This document shows positions 1-12,475 of a DNA stretch of 64,000 nt, one piece after another. Made by a program: the position numbers and the translations under genes. Within the stretch, counting starts at the first letter, position 1. Each line of letters starts with the position of its first letter. Origin of the DNA: Lingula anatina (Eukaryota; Animalia; Brachiopoda); NCBI GenBank assembly GCA_051362555.1, contig CM120645.1, forward strand, positions 12,400,001 through 12,464,000, given 5' to 3'. The notes beneath the pieces were generated by a model. That model was given only the letters and a program-made list of their open reading frames with translations, searched no databases and was not told the origin of the DNA.

Positions 1-55
1 CACACACACACACACACACACACACACTAACCCACACTAACACATTCACACACGT
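1..55. repeat. (CA)n microsatellite, truncated by window start
   Basis: Direct CA run with a degenerate tail. Confidence 0.95.
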
Positions 56-1846
56 TTACAATACTTACACTCTACCCTGGCCTTAAAAGGCATGATAAAA
101 ACTTTCAAAAGCAGACCATTAAATGCTGATAAAAATACTCCCTAAGCAAATAAATAATTCTAAGAACCCTGGCTTTCCGTGTTACCTTTGATGTGTGTAC
201 TTCACAACATGCACCCAGATCTAAACGAAACTAACAGAAGCTACTTACTTCTTGTGTATCTCTTCCTGCAAATAGCTTTAAACTCAGTATGTATAGTAAA
301 GGTACCTGGCTATAATCAACACTCTCCCATCTATAAAATACATATCTTGATGCCATATACACCTCTGTTATCAAAATGTATTATATATCCTCTAAATAAC
401 TTTTATCTAGGCTGAGGCTTAACTTTAGGATAAATGCCAACTGATAAATGCTGTAGATAATTTACTTTGGCTTAACAAAATTGAAAATATTTATTATTAT
501 TATTATTTTTTTTTAATTTTTAAATTTTAAAACTGGCCAATTAAAGTATCTAATGATTTACCTCATAACAAATTTTCAAGGGGACTAAACTAGATCAAAA
601 TGCTTAATATGCACCATTTTCTCAGTCTTACATCACTTACTTTCATTTTCCAATCACAGGTAAACCTACTTGCTACCTAGCAAATTTAAATAAAAATAGA
701 TATAACAATTCAATATAGACATCACACAGCCTCTTTTAATAAGTCTATGCATTAGTTAACTCACAAACAACAGAAAACAACCTGAAACATACTGAATTAT
801 CTACCTCTATTTCTAAAAATGTCTCCCAAAGTTGTAGACTATATAGTCACTGTAGAGTATTTCAAGGTTTAAACAGAAGTGGTAATGCAGATACACCCAA
901 TCATTGAATCCTGTCTGTCCTGCTGTATTCTATGGGTCTGGAGGTCAATGGGCCCTCATGTAGACAGCAGTCAGCCACTGCTGAGATAGCCTATCATCAG
1001 CACTGGATAATGAAAACAGATGGGACAGTAAACCTTAGAGCAAATGAAATAACTCTCCATAGATTTGTTCAGACTGGGGAAAAAATTGGACTGGAAAAGG
1101 GTTCAAAATTGCATCCTTAGATTGCCAGATTGCATTACCATGATTTTAAATGCCAGAGGGTCTCTCTTTAATCTGGATGCCCGAGAGTGAAAGCCCATCC
1201 AGTTTCTGTCTAAAAAAAGTTCTTGTCTGAACACGTGGAAGTCTGCACTATAGAGTTGTACAGGTTGAGCAAGTACAGAGGCAGAAGTCCACTACCATTC
1301 TTAGACTGATCAAAATCAATAAAAGGAATAAATAAAAATAATTAACAAATTAAAAATATCCTAAATTTCACTATTTTAATGCTTTCACACGTTTAATACA
1401 CTTCAGTTGTCTAAACCATGGGATAATATTGAAACTGTAATGTTTGATTTTATGAAACTAATCTGAACTAAGCCACAAACGTACAGTAGTTATCTTATCT
1501 GAGCTTTATTTACTGGTCCTCATGCTGTAATATCTATCACCATGTGAACGTTTTATATTGATTTTGACTCCATTGTGCAGGACTGTTGTTCAAGTTATAT
1601 ATGTCGAATAAAGACTTACTGAAAGTTTGTCCTCCTTTTTTGCCACATTTGCAGTGAACTTTCGAATTCCCATCAAATACCATGTCCCTGATGCTAAATT
1701 TTTTGGTATTTAGACAATGGGGATACATGTATTGCCATTTAAACAAGAATGAGATGGAGGGAGGCAACCAAACAGAAACTACAGGTCATCTGTAGTATCT
1801 CTTTTAATTAATTATGGCTGTGTTATCTACTACAACTGAAAAGTAG

Positions 1847-3632
1847 ACAAGGCAGCAAAGCTGTCAAATGTACAGACAAAAAACAGGAAATAACTATGCA
1901 CAAAATAGGCTACTGTCAATTCTGATGCAAAAATACATTATGTTAAACTGCAAATTCAACATCAAATTTTAATTATCCTCAACAGGTAATACCAATGTAA
2001 TTAAAATATGTGACAAGTTTACACTTTGAAAATGTATAACTTCCAGAAAAAGAAATCACTTAGACTGCTTTTCCAACTCAGACTGCATTTTAGTCCTGTA
2101 TTTCTTTTTTGAAAGTTTGGCAATCATAAGTAACATGGTTTTCCCATAATGGTCATCATGGCAGCAGCACCCAAAATTGTGTTTTCTTCTATTCTGATGC
2201 AATATTACATAATGGTTAACAGCATAATGACCGTCAATTTTTAATAATAAAATATACGTATCATGGATTTTCAGAAAATGTGACTAGCATGGGTCTTCAA
2301 GCCCGTGGAACTTCAAAGTCACACCTTGAAAATGCCAATATGTGAAAAATTAAAATTTTCACAAAATAACTGTTTAACTGGCAGTAAGAATTACCAAACA
2401 GACTGTATTTCCTACTGAAGCTGTATTTTAGTCCCATGTTTCTTTCCTGTAAGTTTGAGAACAGTATATGACATGGTTTTTCTTAAATGGTCATCATGGG
2501 AGCAGTGCCCAAAATAGGGGTTTCTTCAAATTTTGATGCAATATTACATAATGTTTAACAGCATAATGACCATCAACTTTAATAATAAAATATTAGTATT
2601 ATGGATATTCAGAAAATGTGACTAGCAAAGGTCTTCACGCTCATGGAACTTCAAAGTCACAACTTGAAAATGCCAAAATGTAAACGAGACAGCACTGTTC
2701 TGAAATGTTTTTTTTCCATTTTTAACAATTTTTAACATAAAACAAAATTAACAGTTTTCTGCCGTTTTTATATGATCAACTAAGAAAATTGATGAGATGG
2801 GAAAAATATCAACAGAGCAGTGTTAAATGTCCAATCTCTTCCATTCTGAGATTCTGAACATAGTGAATGATTGAATCTGACAAACTGCAATGATATGAGT
2901 TTATTTCCATTTTTGAAACTTTATTACACAATACACGATAACAAGTTTACCATCATTTTTACATAATCAACTAATAATGTTGTAAAATTGCAGGAAATGC
3001 CAAACAAACACTTTTACGTATCTTATTAGTTAAATAATGAAACTGCTTACATGCCTAAGAATTAAATCTGAGGAAATGTGAAAAAAATGCATTTCTTTAA
3101 AATAATGGCCCGATTATGCTGATTTTTGAACTCAACCTGCGTTTTAGCAGGAATGACCACTCCTGTGAGTTTAATGACAATTGGCCCATCTGTTTTTCTT
3201 ATATTGTGTTTACAGTGTTGCATATATGCTGAAAAGCGAAAAAAAAAAGCATAACTACTAAAATAGTGGCCTGATCATGCCGATTTTCTAACTTGACCTG
3301 CGTTATAGTAAGATCGATTACTCCTGTGAGTTTCATGACAAAAAGCTTATCGGTTTTCCTTGAAATGTGTTTACAGTGTTGCATATATGCTGAAAAGTGA
3401 AAAAACAGCATAACTTCTACATTAATGGCCCCATCATGCTGATTTTCGAACTTGACCTGCATTTTATGAATATTCATCAGCTCTGTAAATAAACAGCCAA
3501 AAAGTAAAACTGCCTTTCACTTATCGTGTTTACAATGAAAGTGCATGGCGCCAGTGACAGGGACAGTGACGGCAACGACGGCGACGACAGACGCAGGTGA
3601 TGGCAATATGTACAGACACATCTGTACATATT
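1847..3632 (-). mobile_element. Non-autonomous Helentron-type element (HINE/DINE-1-like), full-length copy
   Basis: Read on the - strand: 5' hairpin AATATGTACAGA-caca-TCTGTACATATT (3605-3632), a degenerate GC microsatellite (~3550-3595), ~159-bp tandem repeats (~3070-3500) and ~338-bp repeats (~2030-2680). A sub-terminal copy of TGTCTGTACAT (1868-1878) is followed by a small hairpin GACAGC-ttt-GCTGCC and TTGT at ~1847. No TSD seen. This matches published HINE architecture. Confidence 0.7.
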
Positions 3633-3642
3633 AACTGTACTG

Positions 3643-4856
3643 TTTGAGAACAGTAAGTGACATGGTTTTTCTTAAATGGTCAACATGGGAGCAAAGCCCA
3701 AAATAGGTTTTTTTCAAATTTTGATGCAATATTACATAATGTTTAACAGCATAATGATCATCAATTTTTAATAATAAAATATTAGTATCATGGACAAATA
3801 GTAAACGTGACTAACAAAGGTTTTTAGGCTGATGGAACTTCAAAGTCACGCCTTAAAAATGCCAAAATGTAAACAAGACTGCACTGTTCTGAAATGGGTT
3901 TATTTCCATTTTTAACACTTTTTAAACATAAAACAAAATTAATAGGTTACTGCCATTTTTATAAGATCAACTAAGAAAATTGATGAGATGTGAAAAATAT
4001 CAATAGAACAGTGTTAAATGTCCAATTTCTTCCATTCTGAGATTCTGAACATAGTGAATGATTGAATCTGACAAACTGCAATGATATGAGTTTATTTCCA
4101 TTTTTGACACTTTATTACACAATACAAGATAACAAGTTTACCATCATTTTTACATAATCAACTAACAATGTTGTAAAGATGCAGGAAATGTCAAACAAAC
4201 ACTTTTACGTATCTTATTACTTAAATAATAAGGCTATTAACATGCCTAAGAATTAAATCTGAGGAAATCTGAGGAAATGTGAAAAAACAGCACAACTTCT
4301 AAAATAATGCCCCGATTATGCTGATTTTCGAACTCAACCTGCGTTTTAGTAAGACTGACCATTCCTGTGAGTTTAATGATAATTGGGCTTTCTGTTTTTC
4401 TTATATTGTGTTTACAGTGTTGCATATATGCTGAACAATGAAAAAAACGCATAACTACTAAAATAGTGGCCCGATCATGCTGATTTTCGAACTTGACCTG
4501 CGTTTTAGTAAGATTGATTACTCCTGTGAGTTTCATGACAACAGGCCTAATGGTTTTCCTTAAAATGTGTTTACAAGGTTGCATATATGCTGAAAAGTGA
4601 AAAAACAGCATAACTTCTACAATAATGGCCCCATCATGCTGATTTTCGAACTTGACCTGCGTTTTATGAATATTCATCAGCTCTGTAAATATAAAGCCAA
4701 AAAGTAAAACTACCTTCCACTTATCGTGTTTACAAGGAAAGTGCACGGCGACGGCATCGGCATCGGCATCGGCATCGGCATCGGCATCGGCATCGGCGAC
4801 GACAGACGCAGGTGATGGCAATATGTACAGACACATCTGTGTCTGTACATAATAAT
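3643..4856 (-). mobile_element. Second, 3'-truncated head-to-tail copy of the same HINE
   Basis: 3643-4851 aligns to ~2455-3632 with an offset of ~1190 bp. It has a perfect 14-bp stem TATGTACAGACACA-tc-TGTGTCTGTACATA (4822-4851), an (ATCGGC)n microsatellite (~4753-4797) and ~159-bp repeats starting at ~4282, 4441 and 4600. Confidence 0.75.
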
Positions 4857-5078
4857 TAATAAACCCAAAACCCTTTAATGGTCCAAGTTATCAGAAAAAG
4901 TGGATCTGTTCTTATTACGTAATTAAGTATGAAATGGGATTAAAAAGACAAAGGTTGCTACTTATCACATATATGTTGACAGGATTAAGGAGGTACTGCT
5001 GCCATCTGGCCGTTAATTGCGAAACTGACACTCGTTGTGACAAGTGCGTGTTTGAGTGTGTGTATGCGATTGCTTTCT

Positions 5079-5118
5079 TCTCTCTCTCTCTCTCACTTTC
5101 TGCTTGTGTATATGTGTG

Positions 5119-5149
<31 letters not shown>

Positions 5150-5152
5150 GTG
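5079..5152. repeat. Compound (CT)n/(GT)n/(CG)n microsatellite
   Basis: Direct; the alternating purine-pyrimidine GT-CG tract is Z-DNA-prone. Confidence 0.9.
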
Positions 5153-5489
5153 CAATTGCATGTATACACACGCTTTCCCAACTTTAAAGCCACTTCATCA
5201 CTGAAACACAACTCCTTTCAATCTATCAGTAACAGATTTACAGTTTATCAAACATGTCCCACATAATCTGATCACTTCTTACAGCTCACAAAGCATCAAG
5301 CCAGTCAGGAAGGTACCCTCACCTCTAAAAGTTCATAATGGCATTATCTTATTATAAATACCATATCAACATTCCCTTCAACTTTTTTCCTTAAAGCTGA
5401 TTTCATCACTACCCACTTAGTGAAGACCTTTCAGCTTTTAGCAGTTTGTCCAATAATTGTCTGATCCTTTCACAATGACTGCTAACATT

Positions 5490-5830
5490 TGGTTCAGAGA
5501 TATGATACATAATAACAATACCTTGGGGTGTGTAATCTGTTTGCCTATTATCTTACAGTGTGCTTCATATAACTGTATCTTAATTCCTAAAGTGGATGCT
5601 GACCTTATGAAGCCCATGCAATTTAAGTTTGCTATATTGAATGGTCATTTTGGATACTATAAACCTTTACCTACCAGAATTGTGTGAATGCCTGATCTAA
5701 TAGAATTTTGTTGGCAAAACATTAGAAGATTAAGAAGATTAATTAGATAAACTTCAGATATGCTTGGCCATACCAAAAGTAATAAGAACAACTTTATCAT
5801 AAATGCTGGCTTATCCTCTTTGCATACTAT
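5490..5830 (+). pseudogene. Highly decayed Ty3/Gypsy integrase zinc-binding (H2C2) fragment
   Basis: Translation NCILIPK...LNGHFGYYKPLPTRI...EFCWQNIRR, then after a frameshift QICLA, resembles Gypsy LxIPK...GHFGxxKTxxRI...FYWPxM...CxxCQ. Stops and frameshifts are present. Confidence 0.4.
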
Positions 5831-7849
5831 CCACAGCTTAAAAAGAAAAACAGAGGACACAGAACCAAGGATGCTCAACGTTCACTGTTATAACTGTCAG
5901 ATAAAATACAGTGCCAAATGACACTATATCTGTCACTCCATCAGTCCCAGTGTCTGTATCTGTCTTATCAAAGTCAGCCAATTCAAGCAGATCTGCATCA
6001 CTATTTGCTACACAGGTTCTGTACAAACATAAATCCATCTAGTGAAAAAAATCTGCAAGAAAAACACAGGTTCATAAAATCATATCTTTAGCTCTCAGGC
6101 CCCAAATCAGCATAACCAATCATCTCTCCTATATCTAATAAATTATATGCTGCAGATAGAAACAAATTTGGTTTTATCCGATTCTTAAAGCTTTCAATTC
6201 TTCTACAGGCCCTCTAGGAGCATTGTGATTCTCTGTTTCAAGATATGTACAAGAATATAATAGAACAAGCTGAATTCAGACAGAAACAGTCCAATACACG
6301 GCTATACAGGCCCTGCTGGGGCATATTTGTATGTCCATCATCTTCACATACAAAAGAGTATGTAATTTAGCAGAGGATGAAATTTATGCTACACAGTTTC
6401 CTGCTTTTTGCCTTTTCATGCAGATCTTTTCAGATGAATCTCAGATACAGATCTGCATGTATTAGGTACGGAGCAGGAAATGTGAGGCCTAGCGTGGTGA
6501 ATGAAGGCTTGGAGCGCCAACTGGTTGGATAATTACTATAGGAAAAACAATCAATGACCACTGAACATGGTGCAGTGTAGACCAAAATATCAAGACAAAA
6601 AAGCAACGCATTTATCTAAACAAACTGGAGACATATAGACTGGAGGGTTTGGGCTTGAGAGGATGACTTAACGAAAAAATATAAAAATTTACCATTATAT
6701 CAGAAACATTCTCTAAATAAGTTAACTAAGTATACATTTGAAAGGCTCTAAACATTTGCACAAGAATGGAAAAGCCACCCTTTCATGTGCCTCACACAAA
6801 AAACTCCTAATATATTATCCCAGCTTACTGATTTACATGTCTAGCCAACAAATGGTGTAGAAAAAGACAATTCACCAGACCAGACAGGTCAGGTGGAGAA
6901 AAAAGTAGATTTCTCACATTGTCAAAATCCCCAAGCAATTTCCTTTTTACCTTTAAAAAACTGCACTCAGATTCACCTCTCTCTCCCAGTGCCAGGCCCA
7001 TTCATACACCTCCTGTCTGACTTTGTTTACTCCTTCCCTCTTTCTTTTTATGAACTCTTCTGCACTAAACTGTTTCCAGAGCAGTTCTAAAGTAACCAGC
7101 AGAGGAGACTGTTGGAATCTTTACTTCAAACAAACTCACCTCTCCATTCATGTTCCCTCACAGGGACTGAGTCAAAACAGCAAATGTAATCTTGGGAGGT
7201 TAAAGGGTGCACATCAAAGCAGAAATGTCTACACCAGATATAAATTAATAGGCTGAATGAAGAGGGGAAAAGTCATCACTTAAGACAGCTTACATATGTC
7301 AAATATATTTATCAGACTGATTTGTTTCAAATCTATCTGAGATAACATATTTCAAGATGTCAGATACTGCACCGTGAATGGTGAAAGGGTGCAACTGATA
7401 CCATAAATTTTTGGTCTACATTTGGATCCTGCCACTTCAAACAAACCATCTTCTTTCAAGTCTATAAAACTAATGTTGAATTGTCAAATAATATTCAAAC
7501 AGATGAATAAATGAATGAATGAAAAAAAAGAAGAATGGAAGGAAGGAAGGCATAAAGGAATGAAGGATAGCAGGAAGGACAGATTATACAAAAATCTTTC
7601 TCCAAATTGCTGCCTAAAACAAATACCAATTGGGAATGGGCAAAAGTTCAATTCAGTGAAGAGTCTATGAAATATGACAATATAACACTTCTACCATATC
7701 TTCTAACTTTTTGTTATAATCAAAGCAAACCTGATAACACCATATACTGAATTATTCATCAAATCTTCTCCAATGTGCACTCTTGACATGCTCCCTAACC
7801 ATTACATTGAACCAGAGAAACAAACTGATAACCAAGGCCTCAGTGGGTC

Positions 7850-8420
7850 TGGCATTCCTGGTGCAGGCTTCATTCAGAGAATACTTTTTGCAATGATAGA
7901 TGATAGATAGGTTACTCCAGGAGGTTTAGATGTCTTACATGTTGATATAAGATATAGAATATCAGAAAACCGATATTAAGTTCCTTCAGTTGGGTTATGT
8001 ATGACTACACAGATGGCTAGAAACAAGTATATAAGATTCTCTTGTTGTTTTAACTTATCTGATATAGAAGTGATAAAGATGGTGGAAAGGGGTAGATATA
8101 TATTGCATTATTAATTTGCTGTATCACAGAGTTAATGTTTAATGAGAGTGCCCCTCCAAAAAGGAAGTTATACTTATTGATTTGGTTTGCAGTAAATATT
8201 CCCACTGTACTGATTCATATGATGATTTCTAGTGCTACATGCACTCAATCTCAAGTGCAAATATTTCCTGCCATCTGATATGGTACTTTCACATTAAGAA
8301 AGGTATATCTGTTACAAAACCCTCCTCTTATTAGTTTGTTCCACTCCCCATATGAAAAATTTATTCTCCTATCTATCCTGGTAAAAAGGCAAACAGACAA
8401 GACTTCTGCTAAATATTTGT
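7850..8420 (-). pseudogene. Decayed CR1/L2-group LINE ORF2 fragment (APE endonuclease to linker)
   Basis: Motif-like remnants occur in the correct order on the - strand: FTRIDRR..SYG(GV), GNIYCKPN (cf. GxIYRPP) and LISTCKTSKPPGV (cf. LKxxKAPGPD). Many stops. Confidence 0.35.
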
Positions 8421-9693
8421 CTAATCTTAGAAACAGAAATAAAAAAATTACAACTTTCACAAAATCAAATCAATTCAAAGCAACTCACCAAAATCCAACA
8501 GAACTTCACCTCTTTCAGATTTTTCTTAACGTCTCTCCTCGGCTGTCAACAGTCCCTGAAATCAAAAGATGTCAATGTGTAATGAGTGCTGCCCTATAGA
8601 TCTTCCTACTTAGTTCAAAGTAAATACCACAAAGAGAGCACCACCCCTTCACACTAAACTCAATCCAGTCTGTCTGGACTTGTTAAAACTTCGACACACT
8701 ATGTAATCACGTAGTCACGTTCACAAATCTCACTCAGAGATCTGCACTTAACCAGGTCAGTATAGATAGTGAGGGTATATTGGATTGCAATCAAGCTGGT
8801 GGCCACATAGCATTCTTCCAAACAACAAATGGAAACAAGAAATTTAAACTGTGTTGGCACTGGATTACAAGTCACAACTATTTATCATTTAGACCAACTT
8901 GATTCGGTCTGCCTCAGTGTCTTGAGTGAACACGGTCCAGATCTGCCCTTGTTAAACTTCAACACTCACTGTTGTCTACCATAACCCTGTTATGTTTACT
9001 GCTACCCATTCTTGTTGCTACCCATAAAACACTGTAATCTCTTTAGCAATAATGACCACAACATGAACACTAGTACCTTATTATTGAAAATTTTCTAGAT
9101 AGAAACTAGTTATGCAACTAACACTCTATAAAGGAAATGAATGTGGAAGCCAAGGAGTGGGTTGAGGAAGCCCGAAAAATGTTTGAAATAAGAAATTGTG
9201 TAAGATGAAAATTAAGACCTATCCAATATTTTACTGTGTTGTGATTATCAAGTGTTTATGAGGCGTACAGTGTTATCAGTTCTCCACTTGAGTCTTATCA
9301 CAAGTGCTAATGGCTAACTGTAATGGACAATACAGGATATGGTTTACACTGCGTATATCATTGACTAGATTATGCTGAGGGTACAGAACTTTGAAGGCAC
9401 ATACCAATATATAACTCCATGTTCTCTCTCTCTCTCTGAAAATCAGTGTATTTCACAAGTTTGTTGGCCACTGATCTGTGATAACCTCAGGAGTTCACTT
9501 CAATTATAATTTGAGATATATATTTATGTAGTAGACAGGAATATTCCTCTATCATTAAAATCCATACCCAATCTGTGTAACAGTCAATAAACACCAGAAC
9601 AAACCACTGTTACATGTTGAAAACTTCCCTATTTTAAACACCATTTACTTGTACTCACTGCAATCAAACCTTTCAGCAATTATCTACCAAACT

Positions 9694-9718
9694 ACATCAT
9701 CATCATCATCATCATCAT
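9694..9718. repeat. (CAT)n microsatellite
   Basis: Direct. Confidence 0.9.
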
Positions 9719-11387
9719 TAAAGGAAGTCTGCCTACAGAACTCTTAACTCCTAGATCTAAGCCGTATTTTCCTCCATCGTTTTTGTGCACATATCTCCAC
9801 GGTAACACAAGTCTGTAGTGACATGAAGAGTAGTAATGCTGTAAAGATAGATAACAGGCTGACAATACAGCTTACCCTTCACAACTGTCAGACAGCAAGC
9901 ACTTGTAGTAAACCAACACCAACTTTTGTTTGGGTCAGTTCAATCAGCACTATGATATACACCACAAGTAGGTGTTGATTAATGACTTTTTTTCTTTTTG
10001 CTTTTCTTTTTTGTTCTGAAACAATTCAGAAGTAAAACTCCACTTAACTGTCAATTTGTCATCTGTTTCCGGGGTTCATATATCTTTCAATAATGGACAT
10101 CTAAATCTTTGCTAATCATGATTCTTTAATTCTTGTATTTTATAGCCCCTCCCAATGTAAACAACCATAACACAGAAGAGGCTGATAATCAACAAATAAA
10201 AACTGTACCTCGCCAACTAAACAAGCCACTTAATCATCATCTTCAGACATTTTCTCAACATACGTCTCAACAAACAAACCACATCACCAACAGAGGAATA
10301 TCTTCACTGTGTATATCACCATTTAATTTCATACACGGCACGGAAATTAAGACAAATTTCAGTGGACGTCAAACTTATCTTCACTTTCCCAGCATATCTG
10401 GCCGTGTATCAGTGTTATTTTTACCTTCATGGCCCCTGATAACTGGCAAGATAACTGTACTGCTACAGGAACAAAGGGAGGACCAAAATCAGTACAAACA
10501 CCTACAGTATCCACCCAACTGGCTACAACTACTGTTGTTGTAATACAGGAGCAATAATTGTAATTTGATTGTTGATGAGAATACCTAAATATTATATGTA
10601 TCTTCACATTCACATCACGTGTTATCTATATTGCTGTGCTAAAATAGATCTGAAAAAAAAATTTTTTTTTTTTTTCACAACAGCCACATCGATTACTAGG
10701 CCCAAGTTGCTAGCCACCATTCACAAGTGATAGGATATGCTAAAATATAACAATCAGAGAATACAAGAGTGTCTACTTCCAACAATTATAAAACGCTCCA
10801 GAAATTTTTGTTCTCTGTTCCTCACATTACCGAATATCCGAATTAATGTGATGATTTTTACAGACAAGAGCATCATCAACTTCAAACAACTCATCGTCTA
10901 TTGTTATGCGATGTACACAAGCTGCTTTGATTAGCAAATGAACATCAACATTCACTTAACATACCGACCTTATAACTGGTTATATAAATGGTACAATCAA
11001 GGTAATTCAAAGGCTTTGTAATCTTTTCTGATTGCTAATGACGAGACAGACCACCAAGAGACTTGGAAATGTATCAGTTATATCGATTCTCATAATACTG
11101 CTTTCAAGCTAAAAAGCATCACAGCTATGAAAGTTTCAAACTCATGTACAGCCATTACAGTTTTCAACAAAGCATATTATACATTTTTTAACAAAAAACC
11201 TTTTTCCTATCATCTTTCCTTCATAATGAAACTCAAAGCCAGCTAAAACTTCTGTTATGATTGTGTAACTTTGACATAAAAATGCTTTATGTCGTAGACT
11301 CAGTTCTATTGTTATCTTTGGCCTGGAAATATCAATAGCTCAAGATCAGTAACAAATCTCATACTTTTACAAACAACAATATTTTAC

Positions 11388-11730
11388 CTTCTAGAAAGCA
11401 GGCACAGTGTTGTAGCAAAGTAAAGCATCTACTATAAAATTGGTGTAGTACAATAAGTAACACAACCAGCACACACATAGAAACTCCTCTCTTCCTCGAT
11501 CAAATCCTGTAGCAGCCAGAAGTTGACAAGAATACAACACGGGACAGGGACAGCACTGGATGAGTGATATTGTGAGTGTCACCCTGTCGCCACGCCAGGC
11601 TACAGCTCAGTGGCTTCACCTCAATTATGCCATGCATACCAAGCAGCCAGCACAGGTTAGCACGGGGCAGGTGACAGCCGAGCTTTAACGGGGAGATTGG
11701 GGCGTGAGATAGGACAGAGGTGACCCATCT
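11388..11730 (-). promoter_or_regulatory. Candidate promoter plus non-coding first exon on the - strand
   Basis: Locally GC/CpG-richer island. The - strand reads CACGCCCCAAT (KLF/Sp box overlapping CCAAT, ~11696-11706), then Inr-like TCACT/CCAGT (~11555-11580), then an AAG|GTAAAA donor after 11388. Confidence 0.35.
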
Positions 11731-12379
11731 TCTTTTAACTTATTATAGTCTGGGTGTGGATTAGAATATGACACTCCTTTTAACTGACACTGATGGGCGG
11801 CTTGCTTTTTCTTTTCTTTTTTCTTTTTTACTCCTTTGATGTTTTTCTCTCTCTTATCTCATACATGGGAAAATTTGTCTCTAACAAAGAAAAATGATCA
11901 AAAAGGAGAAAGAACTGAGGTTTTGTGAAACAAGTACCCTTCAAACTGCATTTACGAAAAGAAAAAAATTACAAATATAACGAAAAATTATCAGATGTTT
12001 GAGTCATGGAGTAAAACACACTTGACATACTAAAGTAATGTTTGAAGTGAAATATTTATTAAAATAGATCATATAATGCTGTACCTCTTATTTTTGTAAC
12101 TAAGGATTCAAAAGAACTGGTAACACTTTCTATTTTCACGAATAGAAACTGTTATATCCACTCACCTTCTTCAAACAACTCTCCTCTATCTGCCTACTTG
12201 CAAAAATCACACACAACAAAAAAAAAAATAATAAAAAAGAACAATTAACTTTCTAGAAATAGACTACACACTGCTACATCCTGGTTTGAAGACTAAAAGA
12301 CAAACAATTCAACCTGCATGCATCACTACGTCCTGGTATCCTATTAGCTTCTAGTATTTCATTTCCTATCACATATCCC

Positions 12380-12475
12380 AGAGAGAGGATATTTTCACTA
12401 ATTAGCATTATGTCATCATAACATGACAGCTTTTTAATACCACACGTGATGCCATTTCCTAAACTCATTACTCAA
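12380..12475 (-). pseudogene. Decayed non-LTR reverse transcriptase fragment (YADD region)
   Basis: SLGNGITCGIKKLSC-YDDIMLISEN resembles LINE RT GIxxG...LSCLLYADDIVLISE. Confidence 0.4.

Noticed and set aside
900-1310. Minus-strand acceptor at ~1307 followed by coding-looking sequence
   Set aside because: All frames hit stops within ~32 codons, and no family could be assigned.
4246-4836. Longest ORF (196 aa) with ADADAD run and 53-aa repeats
   Set aside because: It is the translation of the HINE hexamer microsatellite and 159-bp (3n) repeats. The sister copy is frameshifted and there is no recognisable domain.
5323-6053. Possible 730-nt minus-strand exon with kinase-like KVVLITFGMAK
   Set aside because: Stops occur in all frames and there are no proper HRD/DFG/APE motifs. 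The + strand Gypsy integrase reading fits better.
12166-12200. Micro-exon candidate (AAG|GTGAGT donor; DRGELFEE reading)
   Set aside because: The acceptor is ambiguous (three nearby AGs, separated from the T tract) and the sequence is too short to distinguish from chance.
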